From NCBI GenBank assembly GCA_951406725.2, contig OX597817.1, positions 153,698,001-153,762,000 of the forward strand: DNA of 64,000 bases, written 5' to 3'. Made by a program: the position numbers and the translations under genes. Positions 1-12,779 of this stretch are shown here, in pieces. How positions within the stretch are numbered: the first letter of the stretch is position 1; every line of letters starts with the position of its first letter. The notes beneath the pieces were generated by a model, which saw only the letters and a list, made by a program, of their open reading frames with translations, ran no database searches and had not been told where the DNA came from. The DNA is from Octopus vulgaris (lineage: Eukaryota).

Positions 1-150
1 ACTACTGGTTCACTTACCACGAAGGTTTCTAGAATCCATCCTATGAGATGTCTGCATTTAAAGGTCAGTTTGGTGATGTGGCTAATGAAAGATGTATCAT
101 TTTACATGATTACTCCTAAATCCCGTATGGTATACTTAGAGTTGGTATAT
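1..150 (-). mobile_element. Degenerate CR1/L2-type LINE reverse transcriptase fragment
   Basis: A minus-strand frame reads IRDLGVIM*NDTSFISHITKLTFKCRHLIGWILETF, matching the RDLGV..SF..HI..GWILRTF motif that follows the RT core in CR1/L2-group ORF2. It contains an in-frame stop. Confidence 0.6.
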
Positions 151-189
151 TTATCATGGAGTTGTCAGGTATACATTCAGATTGAGGTG

Positions 190-730
190 AACAGTATGGG
201 AGAGAAAGAAGTAGTGGAATAGGACGACAATGATGATGATGGACCTCTTGTGTTATTCTGAAAAGAATTTGAGTGGCCTGACTCAAAGAGCTAGGAGAAG
301 AGCTAGGGAATGTGCTGTTTAATATACCATCTATTGTTCTAGTATTGGGAAATGACAGCCAATTCATATCCTGTTGTTGCTATTGTTTAGATGTGGAAGG
401 GTAGTAGCAGTAGAACATGCTGGCAATAATGATGATGGGCCAGTTATGGTATTCTGAGGAAATGAAGAAGTGGATAGTTACACTGTGAAAGACTTTTGAT
501 TGAGGAGTTTAATAATTCATCAATTGTTCCATTATTGAAGTGTAACTTCTAATGCTGATTTTGTTGCTATTGTTTAGTTGTAGTAAGGGTGGTAACAGTA
601 GAACATGATGACAATGAGGATAATGGATCACTTGTGATATTCCGAGGAAATGAGGAAGTGGATAGGTGAACTGTGAAGGGCTCTTGATTGTGGAATTTGA
701 TAGATCATCAATTCTGCTAGTATTGAGGAG
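190..730. repeat. Diverged tandem repeat, about 3 units of about 188 bp
   Basis: gttgctattgtttag occurs at 376 and 563, and agaacatg at 412 and 600. The gg(a/g)cc/tc..ttgtg.tattc(t/c)ga motif occurs at 241, 437 and 625. Confidence 0.6.
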
Positions 731-788
731 TGGCCGTATATAACAACAATATAACAATAATAACATTGTTGTCATTGTTATATTGTTG

Positions 789-833
<45 letters not shown>

Positions 834-836
<3 letters not shown>

Positions 837-1063
837 TCTTTTACTCTTTTACTTGTTTCAGTCATTTGACTGCGGCCATGCTGGAGCACCACCTTTAGTC
901 GAGCAAATCGACCCCGGGACTTATTCTTTGTAAGCCCAGTACTTATTCCATCGGTCTCTTTTTGCCGAACCGCTAGGTGACGGGGACGTAAACACACCAG
1001 CATCGGTTGTCAAGCGATGGTGGGGGAACAAACACAGACACACAAACATATACACACACATAC

Positions 1064-1122
<59 letters not shown>

Positions 1123-1287
1123 TACGACAGGCTTTTTTCAGTTTCCGTCTACCAAATCCGCTCACAAGGCATTGGTCGGCCCGGGGCTATAGCAGAAGAC
1201 ACTCGCCCAAGATGCCACGCAGTGGGACTGAACCAGGAACCATGTGGTTGGTAAGCAAGCTACTTACCACACAGCCACTCCTGCGCC
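834..1287 (-). mobile_element. tRNA-derived SINE family 1 (about 450 bp, internal TA/TG microsatellite)
   Basis: The minus strand begins ggcgcaggagTGGCTGTGTGG (A box), then GGTTCAGTCCC (B box) and a cttgggc(a/g)agtgtctt CORE-like segment. An internal (TA)n follows, and the 3' tail is gaaacaagtaaaagagtaaaagag. More than 15 near-identical copies occur in the window. Confidence 0.9.
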
Positions 1288-2076
1288 TATATGTATATAT
1301 ATAATTTCAGTTTAAGTGTTGAGAATGCTTTAGTTTAGTAATGTACCTTTCTAGGGATTTTGTAGGGGTTTTTCTTTTTATTTATTTTAGTTCTTTGTTC
1401 TTATTATGTGTAAAAACATTACGCAACATTTTACAGATCAATTATTAAACACTATTTTCTAAGCACGGGAAAGGTAAACAGGGGGGGAGGTGCAATATTG
1501 AATTTTGCATCCCCGCAAAATTTCAGGGGGTGCACTTGCACCCCATGCACCTCCTGTTCCCGGGCCCTTGTCCACTCCTTGATATAAAGGAATTTTTTTT
1601 AAATGGCATATCATCATCAACAGCCTGCTCAAGGTGGCATGCTCTCGTCTACCGAGACTTTTACACTCACGTTAGGGAAAACAAGTGATCAGAACGGTTA
1701 CCAAACAAATGATGTTCCGATGCAGACATCGAAACAGAACGTCGGACCACTGCCAAGCAATAAATGAGCAGAACGCCTGATGAACACATGACGCACCTAG
1801 GCATACAGGTGGACAAAAACAAGTGACATCTTTGAGTAAGTAACCAATCTGAAGTTGAGCATATGTCTTAAAACATATATACACAAAGCAATATCGGCCT
1901 TAAACATAATGAAAGTTCTACAAATAAAGCAAACGATGAATAATTCTTCTTCACGCAACGCGACAGACTTTTTATTTCTTTTTTCCTTATTCTTTAAAAT
2001 CTTAATCATGTTTAATTACTAACTTAATTCATTGCCTTGAAACCTATTGAACTTTCAAATTTCTATAATGCGTTAT

Positions 2077-2368
2077 GTGGAGGCGCAATGGCCTAGTGGT
2101 TAGGGCAGCGGACTCGCGGTTTCGATTCCCAGACCGGGCGTTGTGAGTGTTTATTGAGCGAAAACACCTAAAAGCTCCACGATGCTCCGGCAGGGGATGG
2201 TGATCCCTGCTGTACTCTTTCACCACAACTTTCTCCCACTCTTTCTTCTGTTGGCCTGCTCGCTTAGCCAGCGGGGTGGCGTCATTCGAAGGCTAAAACA
2301 ATGCGAACGCATTGTGACCAGCGATGTGTAACAACATCTGATGGTCTGGTCGGTCACGTGATCACGTG
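2077..2368 (+). mobile_element. tRNA-derived SINE family 2, tail type X
   Basis: Head gtggaggcgcaaTGGCCTAGTGG...GGTTTCGATTCCC; 12-bp TSD ataatgcgttat at 2065-2076 and 2369-2380; 3' end (cacgtgat)x2. Confidence 0.9.
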
Positions 2369-2479
2369 ATAATGCGTTATTATTATGAGATTTATCGAAA
2401 ATTTGAACTTTTGTCATTTGTTTCTACTATGAAACTCATATGTGAGTGTGTATGTAAAACACTATATTTATATTTGGTC

Positions 2480-2625
2480 TCTGAGTTCAAATTTCACCAG
2501 GTCAACTTTGCCTTTTATCATTTCCAGGTCGATAAAATAAGTACCAGCTGAGTACTGAGGTCGATGTAATAGACTAGACCCCTCTTCCAAACTTGCTGGC
2601 CTTGTGCTAAAATCTGAAACTAATA
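2480..2625 (+). mobile_element. Older SINE family 3 (Deu/Nin-like domain), 5' truncated
   Basis: Contains ctgagttcaaatt..ggtcaactttgccttttatcatttccaggtcgataaaataagtaccag, with tail ttgctggccttgtgctaaaatctgaaac. Confidence 0.7.
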
Positions 2626-2688
2626 TTATTCGCAACGTATTATACACCGATATGTGTGTGTGTGTGTATGTGTGTGTGTGTATGCATT

Positions 2689-2905
2689 TACTCTTTTACT
2701 CTTTACTCTTTTACTTGTTTCAGTCATTTGACTGCGGCCATGCTGGAGCACCGCCTTTAGTCGAGCAAATCGACCCCGGGACTTATTCTTTGTAAGCCCA
2801 GTACTTATTCTATCGGTCTCTTTTTGCCGAACCGCTAAGTGACGGGGACGTAAACACCAGCATCGGTTGTCAAGCAATGCTAGGGGGACAAACACAGACA
2901 CACAA

Positions 2906-2963
<58 letters not shown>

Positions 2964-3118
2964 GACAGGCTTCTTTCAGTTTCCGTCTACCAAATCCACT
3001 CACAAGGCATTGGTCGGCCCGGGGCTATAGCAGAAGACACTTGCCCAAGATGCCACGCAGTGGGACTGAACCCGGAACCATGAGGTTGGTTAGCAAGCTA
3101 CTTACCAGACAGCCACTC
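2689..3118 (-). mobile_element. SINE family 1 copy
   Basis: Near-identical to 834-1287 and missing a few 5' bases. Confidence 0.9.
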
Positions 3119-3288
3119 ATTTATAGTTTTTTTTTTCGATTGGTGTCCTTATTTTATACATTAAGAAAAAAGAGATACTCAAAAGTTTGAATAATTATTT
3201 ATTTAGCGCTTTCATCAGATGATTCTTCAAAACGTTATGAAAGCCCTAAATAAATAATAGTCCAAATTTCGGACTATCTCCATTTGTA

Positions 3289-3293
3289 CACAC

Positions 3294-3374
<81 letters not shown>

Positions 3375-3553
3375 TTCATATGATAAATGTATAAATGTAT
3401 TCAATGCAAAGTAGAGAAGATTTACATCAAAGTATAAAAATATACTTAAAAATGCACCGATCCCAAACTATTCCAAAGAAACACATGCTCCCGTTCACAC
3501 CCACACATACAGACATATACACACACGCTAACACGAGCGGGTACACACACTCA

Positions 3554-3618
<65 letters not shown>
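3289..3618. repeat. (CA)n microsatellites (3289-3370 and 3555-3618)
   Basis: Directly visible. Confidence 0.95.
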
Positions 3619-3620
<2 letters not shown>

Positions 3621-4572
3621 GTGTGATCTTCGAGAAAAACCTTCATTCGAACCACATTTTTGGACTACTGATTTGTTTGCACGAAACAATTTTCGGAAAC
3701 TAGTGTTATTTATCCACAATATTATGATAAATAAAAATGTGTATGTGTATTTTTATAAGAGTATCTGTGTGCGCGCGAAACTGCACGTACATGTCTTTAT
3801 GTATACATTCATATATATATATATACGTATGCGTGTTTGTGTATATATATAAATATGTATATCTGTATGTATGTATGTATGTATGTATTTATGTCTGAGT
3901 GTGTGAATGTGTGTATGTGTGTGTTTATATAAATACACACACACACACACACATATACATACATAAACACACACACACACACACATATATATATACTTAT
4001 ATATATATATAGAGAGAGAGAGAGTGAGAAACTGAGAAAGAGTATGAGAGAGGCATAGTGAGAAAGCGGGAGGGAGGAAGAGAGTTGGTGAAGAACATGG
4101 TGAATAGCAACCAGCTATTTGAGAGGCTTCAGTATAATAAGTTCAAATTTGCACATGGAAATGTTAGAATATTCGTACGCTAGGTTTCCAGAAATGAAAC
4201 AGCAGACGATAAGTTGAAAATCATAGAAAGCTTTTAAGAAGTAATAGGGAAGATATCAAAACATTATTCACTTCTGTGTAAAAGAACTGGGAATCTGGGT
4301 TAGATTTCCAGGATGTTTGAATAAACAAGAAATAAAAATGAATTCCTTTTTTTTTATTTTTTATTTTTTTGTATAGCATAGGGGAAAATATATTTTTCAC
4401 TATTTTTAATTCCAAAGTATACAGATATGTATTAAGAGAAACATACGAGGAATATATGAGGAGCATCAAAATCAAAATGATTATAGATTTATTGATAAAC
4501 GATATAAGGTCTCACTAAGCGCTGTAAAGCTCAACACATGGATCGATACCATCAAAGATTTATTCTATGACA

Positions 4573-4972
4573 TCTTTATATATAAAAGTAAGGTTGTGTG
4601 TCTGTCTCCTACGATTTAGATTCCTAACTACTCCCACATTTTCCGGTGCAGTTTAACCAAAACCGGGTATCTTATAGTCGTGATTCATATCGAGCCCTTC
4701 TGGGTATTAGCGTGCGTCTACAATGAGTCTACGATTTTAAAAAAATATTTACCATAATTTTTTTCCATTTTAATTCATTTTTTCGCTATTATATAAGGGA
4801 AGTAACTCTCTAAAAATGTCTACGATGAGTCAACGATTTAAAAAAAATTTACCATCATTTTTTCCCCAATTTTAATGCATTTCTTTGCTATTTTTTTTGG
4901 CTATAACTCTCTAAAAATGCTTATATAGTTATTTCCCTTACAAACCCGAGCAACGCCGGGCGATACTGCTAG
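4573..4972 (+). mobile_element. Non-autonomous Helitron-like element (family H1)
   Basis: 5' end TCtttatatataaaag; 3' end cccgagcaacgccgggcgatactgCTAG with a subterminal hairpin; flanked by A (4572) and T (4973) with no TSD. Confidence 0.8.
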
Positions 4973-5243
4973 TCTCAATTAAAATCCTAAGTCAAAACGA
5001 AAAATGATAGCTACAATTCCGATCATAAAGTTGGATAGAACTGACAGAAATGGAAGAGCTTGTGTGTGAATGTAAAAGCATTCCTTATTTTACCAAAATT
5101 AATGAATAAAGAAAACAGGTACAGCGATGTATATCAGATGTAGAAAGATATTCACGAGATTCAACAAGAAGCAGCAATGGTTACAATTGGAAGTGGAGGA
5201 AGAACTAAGAGGAAAAGATAAATTTGAAATGATTTATGGGATA

Positions 5244-5628
5244 CTAGCAGTATCGCCCGGCGTTGCTCGTGTTTGTAAGGGAAATAACTATATAAGCATT
5301 TTTAGAGAAGTAAAGTATAATAGCCATCTCAATATGCTAACCACAAAGAGTGGGGTGGTGTTACTGTAGCTTTTTACGTTCTGAGATTTAATAATAAATT
5401 TTTAGAGAGTTACTTCCCTTATATATGCCAAAAATGCATTTATAAATGGGAAAATTTTTTTTTTAAATCGTAGACTCATCGTAGACGCGCGCTAATACCC
5501 AGAAGGGCTCGATATGAATCACGACTATAAGATACACAGTTTTGGTTAAACTGCACCGCAAAATGTGGGAGTAGTTAGGAATCTAAATCGTAGGAGACAG
5601 ACACACAACTTGACTTTTATATATAAAG
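5244..5628 (-). mobile_element. Non-autonomous Helitron-like element (family H1)
   Basis: Reverse-complement copy of 4573-4972, starting ctagcagtatcgcccggcgttgctcg on the plus strand. Confidence 0.8.
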
Positions 5629-6155
5629 TTGATACAGAAAAGGAGGATAGCGAAACCCATATGTGAAACTGTAAGCAATTAAGATCAAAGATTATTTTAT
5701 TAGGACCGAAAATGCAAGCATGTTTGGCAAAGAAAACTTACTAGGCGAGAATAAAGGAAGTACTTGAATGTGATTGTGGATGATACTGTATTTCAAATGA
5801 ATGAATGAAGATAAAGGATTAAGAATCTCTCTGCCGAGAGAGTTACTGCAGCGAAGGTGTCTCCACGAGTGCATATCACCATGTTAAACATAAACGTACA
5901 CAGCATTGTTTTAATCATCACTGTTTAGTGTGTCTCTAATGAATTAATTCCAGTTACATGTTAAATGTTTTAATAGGAGCTGGAAGCGAGTTAGGTCTCG
6001 TTATTTGCAGTTCGTGTTTGGCTCGTTATTTTCAGAAATGAGGAATCTAAAATAACCCAATCTAATCAATTGCAGTATAAAAGGGGAAATTATAGAGGTA
6101 ACCGAATCACTTCAAGTAGTGGGAACTTCAAGTAGATCACAAGCAATGGATAGAA

Positions 6156-6540
6156 TGGAAGCACTCCGTCGGTCACGACGACGAGGGTTCTGGTTGATCC
6201 GAATCAACGGAACAGCCTGCTCGTGAAATTAACGTGTAAGTGGCTGAGCACTCCACAGACACGTGTACCCTTAACGTAGTTCTCGGGGATATTCAGCGTG
6301 ACACAGAGAGTGACAAGGCCGGCCCTTTGAAATACAGGTATAACAGAAACAGGAAGAAAGAGTGAGAGAAAGTTGTGGTGAAAGAGTACAGCAGGGATCA
6401 CCACCATCCCCTGCCGGAGCCTCGTGGAGCTTTAGGTGTTTTCGCTCAATAAACACTCACAACGCCCGGTCTGGGAATCGAAACCGCGATCCTATGACCG
6501 CGAGTCCGCTGCCCTAACCACTGGGCCATTGCGCCTCCAC
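6156..6540 (-). mobile_element. SINE family 2, tail type Y (full length)
   Basis: Same head as 2077 on the minus strand but a different 3' half (gggccggccttgtcac...gacggagtgcttcca). 16-bp TSD agat(c/a)acaagcaatgg at 6134-6149 and 6541-6556. Confidence 0.9.
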
Positions 6541-6919
6541 AGATAACAAGCAATGGGTTACGTGTTACATGACTTGGAATCTGGAGAAGAATTAAAATAG
6601 CAGAACAGGCAATGGAAGTTCAAACGTTTCTTGGGTCCAGCGAAAGAAACGTATTCAACGGTATTGAGCAGAGTGAAATAATATATTCAAATGTAATTCT
6701 TGTTATTCTGAGATTATCCTTCCGAATCTAAGGCTACTTAATACCTATTTTTGCTACACACACATCTACAAACATGTGTGCGAATGTTGTGTGTATGTGC
6801 GTGTGCGTATGTGTAAAAAGAAAATCACAACTTAGCAACTACGTACCCAGGCAATCCTAGCACCTTACATGTTGATATATCAAGATTCTAACGAATCCTG
6901 CAACTGAGTTATATATAGA

Positions 6920-7081
6920 GGCGCAGGAGTGGCTGTGTGGTAAGTAGTTTACATACCAACCACATGGTTCCGGGTTCAATCCTACTGCATGGCACCTTGG
7001 GCAGGTGCTTTGTGCTATAGCCTCGGGCCAACCAAAGCCTTGTGAGTGGATTTGGTAGAGGGAAACTGAAAGAAGCCCGTC

Positions 7082-7118
<37 letters not shown>

Positions 7119-7332
7119 ATGTGTCTGTGTCTGTGTTTGTTCCCCGCCATCGCTTGACAACCGATGTTGGTATGTTTACATCCCTGTAACTTAGCGGTTC
7201 GGCAAAAGACACCGATAGGATAAGTACTGGGCTTACAAAGAATAAGTCCTAGTGTCGATTTGTTCGTCTAAATGTGGTGCTCCAGCATGGCCGCACTCAA
7301 AACGACTCAAACAAATAAATTGAATAAAAGAA
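6920..7332 (+). mobile_element. SINE family 1 copy
   Basis: A and B boxes, internal (TA)n and family tail. Confidence 0.85.
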
Positions 7333-7355
7333 TACATACATACATACATACATAT

Positions 7356-7408
<53 letters not shown>

Positions 7409-7496
7409 TACATACATACATCCATACATAACTATATATATATATATATATATATATAATAAATAAATAAAAGAGAGTGGGAGAAAAGATAAGACG

Positions 7497-7552
7497 GAGG
7501 AAGAAGAAGAAGAAGAAGAAGAAGAAGAAGAAAAAGAAGAAGGAAAAAGATG

Positions 7553-7615
<63 letters not shown>

Positions 7616-7696
7616 GCGATATTATGGCGTCTCGATGTAAACGATGAAGGTGAGGATGGCAATGAGGATGATAATAGTAGCCTAAACAGTAGTTGT

Positions 7697-7733
<37 letters not shown>

Positions 7734-7800
7734 GGAGGAGGAGGAGGAGGAGGAGGAGAAGGGGAGGAGGAGGTGGAGGAGTCGTAACAGCAGCAATAAT
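7497..7800. repeat. Compound trinucleotide array (GAA)n-(GAT)n-(GCA)n-(GTA)n-(GGA)n
   Basis: Directly visible. Confidence 0.9.
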
Positions 7801-7965
7801 GGTTGAAGAAGGATGAGGAGGATTCTCCAAATTCCTTAAATTCCACCCTTTTACAACATTTTTGCCTTGACCAGCCAATCAAACTGACTCGAGTCATTAA
7901 GATATTTACTTGACTTTTTGCTTATTATTACATTTTAAAAATATATTTCAAAATTTTTGTATTCC

Positions 7966-8182
7966 TACTCTTTACTATTTTACTTGTTTCAGTCATTTGA
8001 CTGCGGCCATGCTGGAGTACCGCTTTTAATCGAGCAACTCGACCCCATGACTTATTCTTTTGTAAGCCCAGTACTTATTCTATCGGTCTCTTTTGCCGAA
8101 CCGCTAAGTGACGGGGACGTAAACACACCAGCATCGGTTGTCAAGCAATGCTAGGGGGACAAACACAGATACACAAACATAT

Positions 8183-8263
<81 letters not shown>

Positions 8264-8426
8264 TATACAGGCTTCTTTCAGTTTCCGTCTACCAAATCCA
8301 CTCACAAGGCTTTGGTCGGCCCGAGGCTATAGCAGAAGACACTTGCCTAAGGTGCCACGCAGTGGGACTGAACCCGGAACCATGTGGTTGGTTAGCAAGC
8401 TACTTACCACACAGCCACTCCTGCGC
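7966..8426 (-). mobile_element. SINE family 1 copy
   Basis: Near-identical to 834-1287. Confidence 0.9.
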
Positions 8427-8736
8427 GTTTACATTTTTTTATGCATTTCTTATTTTATCTCCGATTTTGCTTGTATTTGTTTCCTCCTGCTTCTCTGGAT
8501 TGTATTTTTTCCTTCCAGAGTTTCTTGTTGTTTTGTTGCTCTTCTTCTGTCTCTCCCTGCTCATTTCCTCTCCCGCTCTAATCTTTTCTATTGCCTGGTG
8601 AAGGTGGAGAAACTTGGAGAACGTACTTAATAGATCTCAATATATAAATGTATGAATGTATATGTATACATTATATATACGCATGTATACATAAGTATAT
8701 GTGCGTATTTATACACATATAACTGTAGGTATATAC

Positions 8737-8826
<90 letters not shown>

Positions 8827-8827
8827 G

Positions 8828-8886
<59 letters not shown>

Positions 8887-9025
8887 ATTTTGATTTGAAA
8901 ACCCCACTAGAATGGGAGAAAGCGCTAAGGATCTAAGTGATATGATATATATATATAAAAAATGTAATATATAAATAAATATCTGTAAATATAAACCATC
9001 CGATCTTCTGATTACCTCATTTCTT

Positions 9026-9091
<66 letters not shown>

Positions 9092-9092
9092 T

Positions 9093-9129
<37 letters not shown>

Positions 9130-9133
<4 letters not shown>

Positions 9134-9480
9134 AGGATGCGTGGCGTTCGATCATATAATAATATAAATAATACATAAATATATGCAAATATATATATAC
9201 ATATATGTACATACCTACATATATATGTATATATACATGCATATATGGGTACAGGACATCAAAAAGACTTTGAACACAAGGAGAAACGAAAACATAAAAA
9301 CAGAAACATAGAAACGAACTTTTTTCGAACAACGAAAAAAACAGAGAAATGAGACATGCAACATAAAGAATATTCCCCTTCTTCAGTTGTCCCTGTTTCA
9401 TCTACTCTCCCTTTCGAAGGTAAGGACAAGACGCGACTTCGTTGAAAGAGTCCGTGTGTATATATATGTGTATATTCATA
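9130..9480 (-). mobile_element. Probable Penelope-like terminal-repeat fragment (family E)
   Basis: The minus strand has acaaCTGAAGAagggg..ttctttatgttgc...gttgttcgaaaaaa...tcctgtacccatatatgcat, homologous to 20765-20915. It lies adjacent to (GATA)n/(TA)n. Confidence 0.35.
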
Positions 9481-10269
9481 TACATATATCTGGTTTTCTT
9501 GATATAAATTACTACAGCTTTCTCATTCTCTCTCTGTCTCTCTCTCTCCCTCGTTTCCCCTCTCTCTTCTTCTGGGTAGTAAATATCTTAACCTCTCCTG
9601 TTTATTCATCCACTCCTTATAGGCAGCCATCTTCGACTGGAACTCTTTGATTACTTGTAAGTTTAGCAGTAAGATTTGACGCTCAAAAAAGGACAGAAAA
9701 AAATCTTTTCCACTGGAATATCTGCTCTCTTGTTTTAAATGTTTGAACTTATACAGCGACTGGAATATCTGTTCCCTTGTTTTAAATGTTCTTTACATTC
9801 AGTTCTCTACGTGCTGTTGACATGTGGGGGAAGGCGAAATTTATTCATATCAAATGTTGATTTTATCACTCACCTTTCTGTTAAATTTAGATAACGTCAA
9901 GATTTCTGATTGTTCTCGATAATTTGGTACCAAAAGCACAATTCGTTAAGATGATTATTCTAATAATAGCGGAAATGTTTCAGAATAATTTTATTTGGAG
10001 TAAACAGTCACAAACAGCATCCCTACTTAAACTGTCGACAATATAAAAGCTGCTGTTGACAGCAATATCTTGACGGTCATCTCTTAACAGGTCATGTAAT
10101 CACTCTCCTAAGTTTCAAGATATATGTAGCTCATGTAAATAGGGACATTATCTGCCGATCAGTTGTTAAAAGTGTTCAAAAAATCTAGATACACCATTTT
10201 TCATATGTGATATACCACTTTATATATTCTGTAATTTTTAATTGTATTGCTATGGAAACAGATATGTCT

Positions 10270-10785
10270 GATGCAACTTCCATCTAGACAGAAGCCGTAC
10301 TAAGTGTCACTTAGCAAGCAATTTTTCTGGGGTAAAGTAATCACAAGTTAGTAGTACTCCCACATCTGGGACGACACTAATTCTACTTACGAAATATTGA
10401 AGACAGCACCCGAAGAAAGACCACTCCACCAAATTCGACTGGTGGCCTTAAATCACTCGTCAGCACACTCCAACTTCTGTCCACTCGTTGGCTGTCTTCT
10501 CCCTGTATCTTTTCTATCTCAGCTACATTGACGTATGCTTCTTCGAAGCAGTTGGTCTTTCGCAACCTCTTCTCAGATACATTCGATTCTGTTGCCATCC
10601 CCTCATCTCACCATTCATACTATTACTCCCCATCTCCAGTTTCTGCATTAGTCACTACATCTTTCGTCTGCCCAGAACATCGCTTCTCTAACATTCTTTC
10701 TTCATATATTTTCCCTTCCGACATCATCTTCAAACTGTTTAAGAGTAAGATTAACTTGGTGGATCAGACTGAGCCTGGATGGTAA
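10270..10785 (+). mobile_element. Degenerate non-LTR retrotransposon (Jockey/CR1-superclade-like) ORF2 3' end
   Basis: Frameshifted translation gives YSHIWDDTNS..., LSTR(L)AVFSLYLFY..., SFVCPEHRFSNILSSYIFPSDIIFKLFKSKINL. This resembles the EYASHVWG / RRNVASLSIFYRY / SF.P....LWNSLP.SVFP..YNL..FKSRVN C-terminus of such LINEs. Confidence 0.5.
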
Positions 10786-10850
10786 GCGAAGACCGCTATA
10801 CAAAACGTTACTTATTCAAGTGAAAAATTAATGCCTAAAACTTGGGGAAA

Positions 10851-11320
10851 TATTGGGTTGCCCGGAAAGTTCGAGCTGATTTATGGTAGCTTACATTTCG
10901 ACTTATTTTAGAACATCGTTGAGTCCATAAAATAGGATTTGACTACACCTCCATTTAGAGTACAGTATAAGCTATCTTTTCGTGGAAGAAGGTTTATGTT
11001 CCTATAAGCTGTGTTAATTCTGTAACCCTTTAAAATGGAAGATAAGAAAGTTCATTTTCGGCACTTGATGCTTTGGGAACCAGACAAAAATTGCTGCAGC
11101 TCAGCTGGGATGTGTTACCCCACCCTCCATATTCACAAGATTGCCCCTTATTCAGGTCTCTGCAGAATAGTCTTAATGGTAAAAATTTCAATTCCTTGGA
11201 TGACGTAAAAAGATACCTTGATGAATTCTTTGCCATGAAAGCACCTCAATTCTGGGAAGAGGGTACTTTCAAAGATGGAGACGTATTGTGCAACAAAATG
11301 GAGAAATTTTGTGAAGGGAA
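10851..11320 (+). mobile_element. Internally deleted mariner transposon (transposase N- and C-terminal remnants)
   Basis: Left end tattgggttgcccggaaagttc; ATG at 11035 gives MEDKKVHFRHLMLWE. This is fused after a deletion and frameshift to TRQKLLQLSWDVLPHPPYSQD..LFRSLQNSLNGKNFNSLDDVKRYLDEFF, the mariner HPPYSPDLAPSD region with the APSDYH part lost. Confidence 0.85.
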
Positions 11321-11324
11321 GAAG

Positions 11325-11460
11325 TTGATTACATAGACCCTAGTACTTGATTGGTCCTTCTTTTATCGACCCTGGAAGGATGAACGGCATAGTCGTCCGT
11401 AAAAACGGACGAAATGCCACTAAGCATTTTGTCCGGTGTGCTTACAGCTCAGCCATCTCA
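11325..11460 (-). mobile_element. Decayed SINE family 3 fragment
   Basis: tttatcgaccctggaaggatgaa...gacgaaatgccactaagcattt matches the family-3 reverse complement. Confidence 0.55.
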
Positions 11461-11531
11461 TCGCTTTTATTTTATAACAAGTACTATATCGCAGTTTGCA
11501 TATTTCCACTCATTTTCGACAAATTTAAGTC

Positions 11532-11944
11532 AGTGGCTGTGTGGTAAGTAGCTTGCTAACCAACCACATGGTTCCAGGTTCAGTCTCACTGCGTGGCATC
11601 TTGGGTAAGTGTCTTCTGCTATAGCCTCGGGCCAACCAAAGCCTTGTGAGTGGATTTGGTAGACGGAAACTGAAAGAAGCCTGTCGTATATATGTATATA
11701 TATATATATGTATGTGTGTGTTTGTGTGTCTGTGTTTGTTCCCCTAGCATTGCTTGACAACCGATGCTGGTGTGTTTACGTCCCCATAACGTAGCGGTTT
11801 GGCAAAAAAAGAGACTGATAGAATAAGTACTAGGCTTACAAAGAATAAGTCCTAGGGTCGATTTGCTCGACTAAAGGCAGTGCTCCAGCATGGCCACAGT
11901 CACATGACTGAAACAAGTAAAAGAGTAAAAGAGTAAAAGAGAGT
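11532..11944 (+). mobile_element. SINE family 1 copy
   Basis: Starts agtggctgtgtgg and ends (gtaaaaga)x3. Confidence 0.9.
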
Positions 11945-12384
11945 ATGTATGTGTGTGTGTAGGCATATCTGTGTCCACCTGTATGTGCGTGAGAATGAGT
12001 ACGTGAGTGTACGTGAGTGTTTGTGTGTGTGTGTATGTGTACGTGTGCGTGTGTGTGTACACGCTTGCATATGTGTTTGTTCTTCTGGAAGAAAGAGGGA
12101 GAAGGGGAGAGAGAGGAAAAGTACAACACCCGAAAGAAAGTGGGTGGTTTATAGGAGATTTCCATTCGTAGCGCAAAAAATACAGTCGGGTGAATTGTGC
12201 AATATAATAGTTGGGTGGTGTGTATATTTTTGAGTTAGCGTGTGACTGTTGCTTTTTAAACTTTTCAAGCTATGAAGATTTTCTTGTTTTTGGTTAGGTC
12301 CGATAGAAAACTTGAACTAGTGTCATTCAAGACTAACTAAATTATTAACAGTTCTGGAGATCTGCTTGGAGATATAATAACTTG

Positions 12385-12393
12385 ACTACGTGT

Positions 12394-12462
<69 letters not shown>

Positions 12463-12505
12463 GTATGTATACACACACACACACACATTTATATATATAT
12501 GTGTT

Positions 12506-12548
<43 letters not shown>

Positions 12549-12639
12549 CTGTATCGGTGTGTTACGTATGTATATATATGTATATATGTGTGTGTGTGTC
12601 CGTGTGTGTATGTGTGTGTGTGTACATATGTGTGTGTGT

Positions 12640-12676
<37 letters not shown>

Positions 12677-12733
12677 GGTGTGTTACGTATGTATATATAT
12701 GTATATATGTATATATGTGTGTGTATGTACATA

Positions 12734-12779
<46 letters not shown>

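Noticed and set aside
1480-1880. GC-richer segments (ggggtgcacttgcacccc hairpin, gggcccttg end, and 1668-1880)
   Set aside because: They are possibly DNA-transposon ends, but no second terminus or TSD could be found, so they are not callable.
2077-2150. tRNA gene calls for SINE heads (families 1-3 and 31178)
   Set aside because: A and B boxes are present, but there is no complete cloverleaf or acceptor stem, and all are followed by SINE or PLE bodies, often with TSDs.
3196-3250. CTGATGA on the minus strand (3212-3218) inside a small hairpin
   Set aside because: There is no stem II/GAAA partner or NUH in the right geometry, so it is not a hammerhead.
5793-5918. Minus-strand 41-codon frame MIKTMLCTFMFNMVICTRGDTFAAVTLSAERFLILYLHSFI resembling a GPCR TM3/ERF motif
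   Set aside because: There are stops on both sides, no convincing splice sites, charged residues in the putative helix, and no other TM segments nearby.
9840-9960. Consensus donor AAG|GTGAGT on the minus strand at 9873
   Set aside because: Upstream candidate exons have stops in all frames except one short stretch without a good acceptor.
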